A stretch of 64,000 nt of DNA from Setoptus koraiensis (lineage: Eukaryota > Animalia > Arthropoda), in contig CM106585.1 of NCBI GenBank assembly GCA_048013815.1, positions 5,208,001 to 5,272,000 on the forward strand. The letters are read 5' to 3'. The translations under genes and the position numbers were made by a program. Position 1 is the stretch's first letter. Every line of letters starts with the position of its first letter. Positions 25,487 through 36,270 of the stretch are shown here, in pieces. A model generated the notes under the pieces. It did not search any database and was not told where the DNA came from. It was given only the letters and a program-made list of their open reading frames with translations.

Positions 25487-26593
25487 ATGAGTGCTAACAT
25501 GTTCTCTTCTATTAGTAGCCTGAGTCAACCAGCCAAAGATGCCCCTCAGCCTTGGGTGGAGAAATATCGACCAAAATGTGTGGACGACATAGTTCATCAA
25601 GATGAGATTGTTACATTACTCAAAAGAAGCCTTGAATCTAACGATTTTCCAAATTTGTTATTCTATGGTCCACCAGGCACAGGCAAAACATCTTCAATAA
25701 TAGCCATGGCCAGAATGATGTTCGGGCCACGCCACAAGACCAGACTACTTCAGCTGAATGCCTCTGATGAACGTGGTATTAATGTCATCCGTGAGAATGT
25801 GAGAAAGTTTGCACAAACTATACCAATGACCAGTTCATTTCTGCCTTCTCAATCATCGGAAACTGGAGATTTCCATTTTACACCAACCAATGGATCCGCA
25901 TCGTCGCAGCCAGGACAATACAACACTACTCTTAAGCTTGTTATATTAGATGAGGCCGACTCCATGACTGTGGCCGCCCAAGCTTGCCTCAGACGCACGA
26001 TGGAGATCTATTCCAAAACAACACGATTTTGCTTGATTTGTAACTATGTGAGCCGCATCATCGAACCGATAGCCTCGCGTTGCTCGAAATTCAGATTTAA
26101 GCCCATATCGGCGCCATTCATGATAGACAGATTGAAACTCATTTGTGCTGCTGAGAATGTAACTTGTAGCGATATAAGAGTTCTCGAGCATCTTATTTCA
26201 GTTTGCGAAGGCGACCTTCGTCAAGCCATCACACTGCTTCAAAGTGCCCATCGGCTAGCCGATCAAAACAATCCACTGAACATGGATCTCATACAAGAGG
26301 TGTCCGGTTATGTGCCACAAGTGCTAATTGATCAGTACATCACAATCTGTTACTCAAAATCCATCTCTAAAGTAGAAAAATTTGTGGCAGATCTCGTGTG
26401 TGAGGGCTACACTGCCTCACAGTTTATGAGCCAACTACACGACTGGCTACTAAACGACCGCAGTCTTACAGATTCACAGGCGTCCAAGGTGGCAGCTAGC
26501 ATGGCCTTAGCTGAACATCGTTTATGTAACGGCTCTGACGAATACCTTCAACTAATGTACATCTCATCAGTTTTGATACGTAATCTGGATTGA
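25487..26593 (+). CDS. RFC4: Replication factor C small subunit (RFC4/p37, yeast Rfc2), intronless, 368 aa
   Basis: PWVEKYRP, Walker A YGPPGTGKTS, LNASDERGI, Walker B ILDEADSMT, ACLRRTME, SRC motif and GSDEYLQL. Confidence 0.95.
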   Translation: MSANMFSSISSLSQPAKDAPQPWVEKYRPKCVDDIVHQDEIVTLLKRSLESNDFPNLLFYGPPGTGKTSSIIAMARMMFGPRHKTRLLQLNASDERGINVIRENVRKFAQTIPMTSSFLPSQSSETGDFHFTPTNGSASSQPGQYNTTLKLVILDEADSMTVAAQACLRRTMEIYSKTTRFCLICNYVSRIIEPIASRCSKFRFKPISAPFMIDRLKLICAAENVTCSDIRVLEHLISVCEGDLRQAITLLQSAHRLADQNNPLNMDLIQEVSGYVPQVLIDQYITICYSKSISKVEKFVADLVCEGYTASQFMSQLHDWLLNDRSLTDSQASKVAASMALAEHRLCNGSDEYLQLMYISSVLIRNLD

Positions 26594-26880
26594 TAGTTCT
26601 GTTTTACTATTGTAAAATAAAGATCACCACTAAACTAGTGATTGAATACCTCATTGACAAGCTGATATCGAGAGATGGGATAAAGAAGAGATGGAGAGAA
26701 TCGTAGCCGACAATTGTAGAATGTGTCTGAGCATGTTTTAGGATCTTGATCGTAATAAAAATGGTGTTTATCCTTTTAATGTCATCATCTTTCCAGTTTT
26801 CTAACTATTCCTCGTACAAATCTATCACCATCTCTCATTTAATCCAACATTTGGATGTTACTTTCGCGAAAACTATCTAG

Positions 26881-26894
26881 GTTGCCATGGTAAC
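26881..26894. promoter_or_regulatory. RFX X-box upstream of IFT57
   Basis: GTTGCCATGGTAAC fully matches GTHNYY-AT-RRNAAC and lies ~150 bp before the IFT57 ATG. Confidence 0.85.
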
Positions 26895-27034
26895 AATGTT
26901 GTCGTGATTTGTTTCTATTGAAGGGAGAAGCGCCCAACGTCACAGTTGATAAGTTTCTCAGGAATGAAATCAGTTTCATATTGGGAATATCCTAACACAA
27001 TCACCTTTTCTAAATATATTTTAGAGTTTACACT

Positions 27035-28450
27035 ATGGCCGATAATCCGGATATCGAGAGTCCTGGTTATGAATTTAGGCGCTCATACCATTACATGAAC
27101 ATACTCTACCACAAATTGATAGCCCTCAATTATGGTCAGGAGTTTTGTCCGGAATACAAATGCCGACCAATACACAAATATTATTTTTCCCATCCAATTC
27201 AAAATGCAAACGAACAATATTTCACTTTTGCTTGTCTCTGTGCTTGGCTTATTAAGAAGAAATGTCAATTCAATCTGAAACTCGACCCACAAGATTATGA
27301 AGATCCTGAGATAACTATAAGAGCTATTATAGAGGCTCTTAGACTAATTCTGGCTGATGAAGCAGCAAATAATGATAATGATATTAACTTTGCTCCGAGC
27401 CGACTACTTTCAGGTTATGGGCCAGAGGTTGTGTGGACATTGAATGTTTTGGCAGATGCCGCACTTCGACTGTGTACTGATTTATTGAACACAACCAATG
27501 GGCCCAACAAACAAATAAAGATAGAAGTTGTTATTGATGGCGGACTTCAAGATGGTGAGCAACCATCCATTGATAACAGTAATTTAGATAACAGTGGTAA
27601 TAGGTCAATTATTTCGCTCGCCAACGATGTCGACGATCAATACAATTCAGGCGCCAATGATGAGTTCGATGAAAATTCGCTTCTGTTCGAAGAAGATAAC
27701 GTTACCGTTATAGATGATCATGACCCTGATGTCCGCAACGATTACCACGCCACTGAGTTGGCTAAAGTTCAAGAGGATAGTCAGAGTGGCTACTCCAAGA
27801 AGAGCCTATTTCCTACATCCAACACTACTCCGGAAGAATGGTATCTACAAGTGGAGCGAGTCTCCCATCAACTTCAAGCCACTATGGATATGGAGGCAAA
27901 AAGCTTGAATATGGCTGACTGGAAAACACATTTCAATCAATTGAAATCTATAGATAAAATGCTTGATAGATTCATTGAGAATTCTAAACCTTTTGTTGGT
28001 AAGTCATCATTACTATGGAGTTTGAATATCTACTAAACTTCAACCAAACTAACAATCTTATTCAATGATTATCACGAAGAGGATACTGTATCTAGAATCG
28101 ATAAGCAGTTACAGATTATATCAAGTAGGGAGAAGTTTCTGAGAACCAATCTCGAGGCTACTTTGAAAGAATTGATACAAGCGAAACGATCCTATGATGA
28201 TAAACTCAAGAGGCAAAGCGATTTAAACAAGACGTTGGTCAGTAGAACGGCGAGCCTGGAAGATCTAAACAAAAATTTGATGTCCATAAAAAATCAAATC
28301 GAAGAACGAGTTAATTACTTGAATGATCCAAGTCCCATGACTACAATAAGAAAGTCCATAGATCAGCTCCAGTTAGAGATAGCTCAGTTCGATATTAGAA
28401 TTGGTTTAGCCATGGATTCGCTCTTCAAAATGAAAGTGCTAAAGGGATAG
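27035..28450 (+). CDS. IFT57: Intraflagellar transport protein 57, join(27035..27998,28080..28450), 444 aa
   Basis: LYHKLIALNY, YYF...NEQYFTF..LCAWL, PQDYEDP, LLSGYG.EV, EWYLQVERVSHQL, DWKTH and ISSREKFL...LE. A phase-1 intron G|GTAAGT 27999..28079 restores the frame. Confidence 0.9.
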
Positions 28451-28826
28451 ATTGATTCATTCTTTAGGCATCGCAACTGGCATATTAGTCGTCGTCATTT
28501 CTTGCTTCCAATTTACATCCCAAATACTCTTACAGGTTATAACTACAATAGTTTGGTTGTTGTTACCTCTATGAATATCATCCAAATATCATATCAAACA
28601 AAATCCATGTTCAAACGAGTCGAGGCTAACATAACCAAGAGTGTAGTTATTGCATCATGCACGAGAGCCTATTATGAGTCCCGAGAACTTTTCCTCCGAG
28701 TTAACTCACTTGCTTATCAAAATATTGGCACTTTTACAATTTGAATAATAGTACAAGCTATATTGAATGAATCGTAGTATTCTATTTTATTATGATCGGT
28801 GATGGAATATAAAATTCACTACTAAA

Positions 28827-29786
28827 CTAGTGGGTAATTGCTTCATTTATTGATTGATTGTTCGGAGGATATAGTCTGACTATATTCTCTTCGACAGACG
28901 GGAAACCCGTCACAGGACAAGTGCCGTGTCTGAGGAGATGCTCATGGAGACATCCATAACAGAAAACAAAACCAGTCGTTGATAAGGCACATTCGTTTCT
29001 CCTCTTCATTCCGCAAATAAGGCAGCTGTCTGGAGAGCATTGATAATTAATAGAAGGTTTGGGTGGTGGTGGAGGAGTTGGCATGGGTGCGAACTCCGGT
29101 ACAACGTCATCTCTACTGTACCAATAATCTAGAAATTGTATCAGAATGGCCCCCACTGTAAGACCACTATTGAAAGCGGAAGCGAGTTTGCTCGTAATTG
29201 TGCTTGATGAGTTAACATAGTCCTCTGAGTGGGTTTGTGAATAACTAGAACTGTTCACCAATTTTGTTGAAGTTGTTGCTAGCAAGGGGTCGTAATAATT
29301 AGTTTTACCTGCTGCATAGCGTAAAAAGTAAAACAAATTCAACATTGACGATGCTGACGTTAGAAATCTGTATGACTTCATAATGAGAATATCCTTTTGA
29401 GTTTTGTCTGTTTTATAATGAAGCCTTTCGTAGAGATTGTCAAGCTTTGATTTAATGTAGGGGACTAGGGCAAGCATAGTTAGAGATAAACAAACATCGG
29501 TCGATGACAGTGCATTGTCTGAGGGTTGGGTGTTACTGGTAACTCGTCTGAGATTGTAGAAATGTTCTGAGAATGATCCATTGAATGCTTTTAGGTGCAA
29601 ATATTCTATAATAGTGTCAAATATGAGGAGTAGCTCATCAGTCGATTTTAACCACTTTCTGTTAGATTGAGAAGATGAATATTCCAACAAATATCTGAAT
29701 GCCTTTCGCATGATTGTCCTGAGGCTCTCCTGAGCTATCACTTCAAAGAGTGACGCCGGAGCTATCTGAACATTTCCTTGCTCCAT
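28827..29786 (-). CDS. PEX12: Peroxisome assembly protein PEX12, intronless, 319 aa
   Basis: SLFEVIAQESL, FNGSFSEHFYNLRR, LVPYIKSKLD, QFLDYWY, PTPPPP and the partial RING CLIC...GFVFCYGC...CPVTG. Confidence 0.95.
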   Translation of the reverse strand: MEQGNVQIAPASLFEVIAQESLRTIMRKAFRYLLEYSSSQSNRKWLKSTDELLLIFDTIIEYLHLKAFNGSFSEHFYNLRRVTSNTQPSDNALSSTDVCLSLTMLALVPYIKSKLDNLYERLHYKTDKTQKDILIMKSYRFLTSASSMLNLFYFLRYAAGKTNYYDPLLATTSTKLVNSSSYSQTHSEDYVNSSSTITSKLASAFNSGLTVGAILIQFLDYWYSRDDVVPEFAPMPTPPPPPKPSINYQCSPDSCLICGMKRRNECALSTTGFVFCYGCLHEHLLRHGTCPVTGFPSVEENIVRLYPPNNQSINEAITH

Positions 29787-30178
29787 TGCTAATTAACTAA
29801 TTGAAATTAATCTTGGATATTTTAAGGTATTGCCTCAGATTATTTATTTTCGTCTAGTGCTAGTAGGTCCAGCACTCATCCAGATGTCACCTGTTGAAGA
29901 TTGAAACAAGCGCTGCTTTGAAAAGAGCCGAGCATGCGTTGAGAGATTTTTCGTTTCCCATCTGTGAACAGTCCATCGCCATGAGCCGTCTTGCAGATTT
30001 GCATTTGTAAACATTATCGCAAGCTCCGTGTCATCGGCCATGACAGTCGGATTACGGCGATTTGGTCCAAGTCGGTGAAGTTCCTTTTCTCTCGCTCTGT
30101 AAGAGCTCACATATACTCACTTTTATCTATGTACTGTGTTCAGATAATCATTCGGATCTAACGCTTAATGTAGACACC

Positions 30179-32018
30179 ATGATGTCGAGGGTCAATTTAA
30201 GATTCTACTCCTCATTACTAAGAACCGATATACTCAACAGACATATACCTCCTATCAGGCACCAAACATGCTTACGAGAGCCCCTGGGCAGATCTTTCAG
30301 CCAATTCGATCAATATCCCACCATTGGAACAAATCCAGATCGAAGAACGGAAACTTTCGTTGTATGTACATAATCTAAACTATGTATGTATTTGTAGTGA
30401 ATAAAAGCCAAATACTCTATCCGTGATTCAACCTACTTCCACTTCCATTATCCAGGACAATGAAAGAAACATGAGAAAACTAGTGGCCGACTTAAAACTG
30501 AAACATTCCCACATTAGTCTTGGTGGCAATGAAAAGGCACGAAGCAGACACACCAGTAAAGGGAAACTGTTAGTAAGAGATAGGATAGACTACCTCATTG
30601 ACGAAGGTTGCCCATTCTTGGAGTTATCTCCATTGGCGGGCTACCAATTGTATGAACCTGATGAGGAAGTTGCTGCAGGCGGCATAATAACGGGAATTGG
30701 CAGGATATCAAATACTAACTGTATGATTGTTGCCAATGATGCCACTGTAAAAGGAGGCACCTACTATCCCATTACAGTAAAGAAACATCTACGCGCTCAG
30801 CAGGTGGCCTTGGAAAATCATCTACCGTGTGTTTATCTAGTAGATTCAGGAGGGGCCAATTTGCCAAGGCAAGCTGAGGTGTTTCCTGACGAGAATCATT
30901 TCGGACGGATATTCTATAATCAGGCAAATATGTCAGCTAAGGGCATTGCACAAATCAGTGTGGTAATGGGTAGTTGTACAGCTGGCGGTGCCTATGTTCC
31001 AGCGATGTCAGACGAGTCTGTGATAGTTAAAAATCGAGGAACGGTATTCTTGGCTGGCCCACCGCTTGTCAAGGCCTCCTTGGGCGAGGACATATCAGCC
31101 GAAGACTTGGGCGGGGGCAATTTGCATTGTCGCCAGTCAGGAGTGACTGATTACCTAGCAGATGATGACCAACATGCTCTAATGATAACGAGGAGAATTG
31201 TGTTCAATCTTAATAGAGACAATCAGCATGACAAACAGAAGGGTTTACTTTCGTTTGAAGAACCCAAACTAGCAAAAGAAGATATCTATGGTATTGTTGG
31301 GACAGATCTCAAGAAATCATACGATTGCAGAGAAGTGATTGCACGTATAGTGGATGGTAGTAGATTTGACGAATTCAAGCCTCTCTATGGCGAAACATTG
31401 GTGACAGGTTTCGCTCGCGTCTATGGCCGATTGGTGGGTATAATAGGCAATAACGGAGTTATATTTAGTTCTAGTGCATTGAAAGGGGCGCACTTCGTTG
31501 AATTGTGCTGCAAACGAAATATCCCAATTGTTTTTCTTCAAAACATAACCGGTTTCATGGTAGGTCGGCAAGCCGAATCAGGTGGAATCGCCAAAGATGG
31601 AGCAAAGATGGTGACTGCCGTAGCTTGTGCTAGAGTGCCAAAATTTACATTCATAATAGGCAGTGCTAACGGCGCTGCACTTTATGGTATGTGTGGTCGA
31701 GCTTATGCACCTAGATTTATTTTCATGTGGCCCAATGCTAGAATATCTGTCATGGGCGGCGAACAAGCAGCTCGCGTTCTTGTGACAGTCAAAGAACAAC
31801 AATTGGGGCGCAATCTTACTGACGCAGAACGACATCAAATGAGTCAACCAATATTGGATAAATTCGAATCGGAATCCATTCCCTACTATGCAAGTGCTCG
31901 CCTTTGGGACGATGGTGTGATAGATCCCTTAGACACCCGACGCGTTCTAGGGCTGAGCATGGACGCAGCTCTAAGCGCACCTGAAAAGTCCACAACATTT
32001 GGAATATTCCGGATGTAG
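30179..32018 (+). CDS. MCCC2: Methylcrotonoyl-CoA carboxylase beta chain, join(30179..30361,30456..32018), 581 aa
   Basis: Basic transit-peptide exon ([15 protein letters not shown]...TIGTNPD) joined in phase 0 (GTATGT...TCCAG). Motifs [64 protein letters not shown] and FGIFRM. Confidence 0.97.
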
Positions 32019-32199
32019 TCTTGAGAGACATATAGTCTGTTACTAGTGAGCAATATCCTATCTAAATAAATGGAAACAAAATCACAACTCTATCATAGAT
32101 TTCAGCAATTTTACTAATCCACATTTAAGATTTTAATCATCTTTACTTGATTTTCTCGTGAATGCTTTCACAACAAATTGTAGGCAGAGACCAGCAAGT
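32011..32199. repeat. Direct repeat copy 1 (MCCC2 stop, shared 3' region, duplicated MBOAT C-terminus)
   Basis: Matches 34018..34205 with 8 substitutions and 1 indel over 189 nt (manual alignment). Confidence 0.97.
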
Positions 32200-33147
32200 A
32201 GTTGTCGGCCGTCGCTGTCGTGGTCACCATCAGAGGATTGCGCAAGCTCAACAAATGCGTTCGCTGTCTTGGTGATATTGTGGCCAATCGTTGGGCCGTT
32301 TTGTGGCTCGTTGGCTGGACCGTTGTTTGTTTCGGCTGCTGCTGACTCGCTTGATGACGACAGGAACGGTACTGATGGTGAGTGCTCATTAACAAGTCCG
32401 CCATCTTGTGCTGATTGATCGTCACTGTTTGCGTCTGCGTTGTCGCCTTGTTGTTGCCGTTGTTGTTGTTGCTGCTGTTGTTGCTGTTGCTGTGAGATAC
32501 TATTGTTGCCGTTACCTGTTGATGTTGCTGCTGCTGCTGCAACGGGTTGATTGGGGGCCACAGGTGTATCGAGACCGTCATTGAGGGCTGACTCAGCAGC
32601 TGATGCTGCTGCTGTTGGTGGTGCTGGTGTATGTACTGGAGACGATGCTCGTGCACTTGTTGCTGTATGTGATCTGTCATTGTCAGCTGACTGCTGTTGT
32701 TGTTGTTGTGCTCGTAGTGGCACTTGCTGTTGTTGTCTATTATTTGCTGCACCCAGGCGTCTAGGCGGTGCATCTTCAGCGTATGACACTGACGATGGAT
32801 TAGGCTCAATATTGGTATCAAGTAGCGGCGGTGAAGTCTCAACAGGAGTACCATTAAGTGATACTTCGTCCGTGTCGCAGCATCTATAAAGAGGGGAATT
32901 ACAGGTTGCGTTTTGTATGACATTTCGGCAGATGATTGTGTTCAATATAAACAAGCGGCACACGCCCGGACACTGGATCAATTCTTGCGGTTGTCGCTGT
33001 TTCTGTTGTTGTGGTTGTTGTTGCTGCTTTGTCGACTGTTTGAACGGTTGCGATTGTTGTTGCTGTTGTTTCCGGTGCTGGTGCGCTGCTGCTGAGTGGC
33101 CTGCGAGTAGATGTTGCCCAGCAATTCTGACGAGTGCTGAAAAATGT
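32133..33147 (-). CDS. Chimeric protein, last exon: masquerade-type clip domain, Q/A/S-rich linker and MBOAT-derived C-terminus
   Basis: The frame is open from acceptor TTTGCACCATTCAG|A at 33147 to TAA at 32133 (~337 aa). It contains CPGVCRLFILNTIICRNVIQNATCNSPLYRCC and ends LAGLCLQFVVKAFTRKSSKDD. The first exon is unresolved; a candidate donor CAG|GTGAGC lies at 33796. Confidence 0.6.
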
Positions 33148-34017
33148 CTGAATGGTGCAAATTGAAATGAAATTTAAATTTAAAGCGTTAGTTTTTGTCG
33201 TAGCTGTTCGCCAATGCGCCGTCGAGAGAATGGAATAAGTGTCAGTGTGTCGTGTCCGGTGAACCGATCACAACTGTCCGCGGCAGGGTTCAAATTGGCC
33301 GTCGTTGAAGAGTGATAATCAATTAATTACAGCCGCCACAGCTATCGCGAGGAACAGTTTCAAGAAGCGATCGTTTGACACAGAAAGAGGAATACCTGTT
33401 GTAGGCGCTGATGCAAATAGTATATCTGTATGTGTATATGGAGTTGATCGGCGGCTGAACTTGACCACACCGTTAGCCGGCCGTTATCACCCTTGCAATA
33501 TCAGCTATCGTGTGTGTGTGAGCAAAATCCAGATATGCCCGGATCAGCCGTTCATCTCGGTACGGATGTCGCTGTGGATCTCAGCGTGGATCGCAAGCCG
33601 CTGCTGCTTGCCGGCCGGACAAGATAAACTACTGACTCAAATGGTCAGCAGTTTCCTAAAAGTGGACGGTCAAACACGACGCCTAAAGAATCAGCACACA
33701 ACTAGATGGGTCACACATATCGAGCTAATTATGTTGGCTGCCGCTCCAATCAGCAAGACCCATCTCGCCCAGTCTGGCGTGGATGCGCCGGCTCACCTGG
33801 TGACCAGTTTTCGGACAAACATTTTTCATGTATATACAAATATATGTACAAACGCAGTTGTACTGTCTGCATACTTGTTCCTGCTAGAAGCGGCGAAAAG
33901 TCGCCATAAGCGGACAAAAATCGCCGGTATGCGGCCATTATCTGCCCAAAATGGTTGTGTCGTCGCACGTCTCGCATACAATTTGATTGCTATCTCGGTG
34001 GAACGAGTTTAAAATGT

Positions 34018-34205
34018 GGATGTAGTCTTGAGAGACATATAGTCTGTTACTAGTGAACAATATCCTGTCTAAATAAATGGAAAGAAAATCACAACTCTAT
34101 TATAGATTTCAGCAATTTACTAATCCACATTTAAGATTTTAATCATCTTTACTTGATTTTCTCGTGAATGGTTTCATAACAAATTGTAAGCAGATACCAG
34201 CAAGT
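34018..34205. repeat. Direct repeat copy 2 (native MBOAT C-terminus and 3' region)
   Basis: 188 nt, ~95% identical to 32011..32199. Confidence 0.97.
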
Positions 34206-35662
34206 CCCAATATATGTAGAGAGAAGTACAGGCTCTTGTATATAGCCAAACTATTACTGAAGTCCAAAATGACAAAAGGGAAGGCGATGTATGCGATAGT
34301 CAGTCTAGTCAGAGTAAATGTAATGACATCGTATAACTTGGGCAAAAATCTTCCTCTCTGAAACAAAGGACGGATGTTTCTCCTTCCAACTCGCGCTGCT
34401 TGAGTGAAAAGTGCACCACCGAAAAATGTCATATAATAGCCAGGATAGTAACCATGCCAAATGGCTGATAATGTATAAGTAGCCATTAAGTTTAGCGTTT
34501 GAGCTCGCTCATAGGCGGTGCGTCTAAGCCAATTTTGAGTTGTTTTGTTCCAGGCGAGTATAGCATCTCGTAAACTCGAGCATGTTTCGAATCTCCATAA
34601 TTCCATGTTTGAAATGAGATCCCACTTTGGTTTCCCATCCTGATCATATCCGTTGAATCCAAATCCAGTTGCATTACTAACGGACTCTCCTAAATGCCAG
34701 GCGACGTAGTATTTAAGTCTGCTGAGCACTGTAAATATAAGTATGTAGAAAAAACGCATAAATAGGGGTGTCTCGACCAAAAATTCCGAGCTTCTGAGAA
34801 AGTCAACTTGAAATTTAGGAGCCACAAGAAGTAGTAACATAGCACTTGTTGAACTTATTAACAATTTTGTGAACGAAGCCTTTAAAGCTCCGGGGGGTAT
34901 ATCCTTGAAAGATGAGATTCTTATGAAGTCTATATAGTCCTTATAGTACATGATTGGGCCACACATCACAGAGGGAAAATGAAAGAAATAACCCATAAAG
35001 TCTCTAAAATCAATTGGTTCTTCGATCGCATAATGCTCTTGCTCTTCTGTCAAGCCATTATCCTGGAACTTGATTCCATGGTTGTGCTTAACAAGATGCT
35101 TTTCATCAATGTAATTTGATACTAGACTATCGCTATAGCTATTATTATTATTATCATCGTGATTTAAATTATCGCCATCCTGGAAAGATGTTGTTGTTGG
35201 TGCTGAGTCGTGAGAACCAGATTTGATTGAGTTCTTATTGCCTTTGGCATCTCGTTTATTATCAGTTTTGTATTTTTTAACTTTTCCGCCATCATGTAAG
35301 CAAAATCCTAGTGAGCTCAATTTTTGAACGGCAATCATAAATGGTCCACTAATATCAATGACATAACCACCATAGTCTATAAGTTGTCTGCTTAGGTGAG
35401 CATATGACAAGAAAGACAATGATAGAGCCAGTGTCACTCTTTGAACGTACTTGCGGGGTGTATATTTGCACGCTACATAGGAGACAGCTGAGAACAGCAT
35501 AAATGAGTTTGCCTGGCTCCCGAAGCAATAGTAAACCATGAGAATGCCCGGTATATAATTGTATTCATTTCGTAAAGATTTTGGCACTAGTCTATATGGT
35601 CCAGCCAATGTGAGCCCCACCAAATGGGATGTTATAAACCTAAATTGATCCGGAGTTAACAT
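34139..35662 (-). CDS. MBOAT2: Lysophospholipid acyltransferase, MBOAT1/2 (Oysgedart-like), intronless, 507 aa
   Basis: DISGPFMIAVQKLSSL, KYYVAW...NATGFGFNG, WDLISN, AWNKTTQNWLRR.AYER and the catalytic LSAIWHGYYPGYY. Confidence 0.93.
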   Translation of the reverse strand: MLTPDQFRFITSHLVGLTLAGPYRLVPKSLRNEYNYIPGILMVYYCFGSQANSFMLFSAVSYVACKYTPRKYVQRVTLALSLSFLSYAHLSRQLIDYGGYVIDISGPFMIAVQKLSSLGFCLHDGGKVKKYKTDNKRDAKGNKNSIKSGSHDSAPTTTSFQDGDNLNHDDNNNNSYSDSLVSNYIDEKHLVKHNHGIKFQDNGLTEEQEHYAIEEPIDFRDFMGYFFHFPSVMCGPIMYYKDYIDFIRISSFKDIPPGALKASFTKLLISSTSAMLLLLVAPKFQVDFLRSSEFLVETPLFMRFFYILIFTVLSRLKYYVAWHLGESVSNATGFGFNGYDQDGKPKWDLISNMELWRFETCSSLRDAILAWNKTTQNWLRRTAYERAQTLNLMATYTLSAIWHGYYPGYYMTFFGGALFTQAARVGRRNIRPLFQRGRFLPKLYDVITFTLTRLTIAYIAFPFVILDFSNSLAIYKSLYFSLHILGLAGICLQFVMKPFTRKSSKDD

Positions 35663-36043
35663 CTTGCAATAAAAATACTACTAAAATACCACGTTTACTG
35701 TACATGTGTTGATGGGTTTGAGCCTTTTGTTTTGGAGAGTGGTGAATGTTGTTGGTATTTCTATTGTGTATACTTTATCTAGTCGAGCACCATCTGACTT
35801 TGGCTGACTAGTGAAAAGAAGACAATCCTTTGTCCAGAGTGTTTTATCGTTGACAATAATTAACGTTCCTCTCGTATTGTCTGACGATGATCATTAATTC
35901 ACCTGTGTATAAGTGTGTGCGTGTAATTAGTCGGCTAATTAGTTATTGTATATACCTTTGTTCGGTTTGTGTAGTATGGATTTATGAGTTGACGACAAAG
36001 TGTTAGCCAGACAAACTAATAGATAATTAGTGTCCCGACTGAT

Positions 36044-36270
36044 GTGTGTGCTTTTTTTCCAATGGCTTTTCTCCCATTTCTTTTTGAAGCCGCCAGGGCG
36101 GCGCACTCAGATTTTTGTGTGCAATGTGAGCTAGCGTCAGTTGAGTAGCGTCAACCAGTTGAAACATTTATCGATACACTCTACCATCGGCTGCGCTCCT
36201 TTGCGCGCCCGCTGCGCCCTTGGCGGAGAAAATAGAAAATAGAAGAAAAGCCATTGGAAAAAACGCACAC
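36044..36270. repeat. Imperfect inverted repeat (~58-bp arms, ~107-bp spacer); MITE-like element or hairpin
   Basis: The left arm gtgtgctttttttccaatggcttttct...cgccagggcggcgca is the reverse complement of the right arm tgcgcccttggcg...gaaaagccattggaaaaaacgcacac, with an exact 19-nt core. Confidence 0.75.

Noticed and set aside
32168-32923. 251-aa minus-strand ORF overlapping the chimeric gene in another frame
   Set aside because: Low-complexity shadow; it lacks the clip motif and is out of frame with the MBOAT-derived tail.
33396-33425. 30-nt candidate mini-exon (ACAG|...CAG|GTATTC) for the chimeric gene
   Set aside because: Splice signals are plausible, but no phase combination gave a convincing signal peptide. 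Left unresolved.
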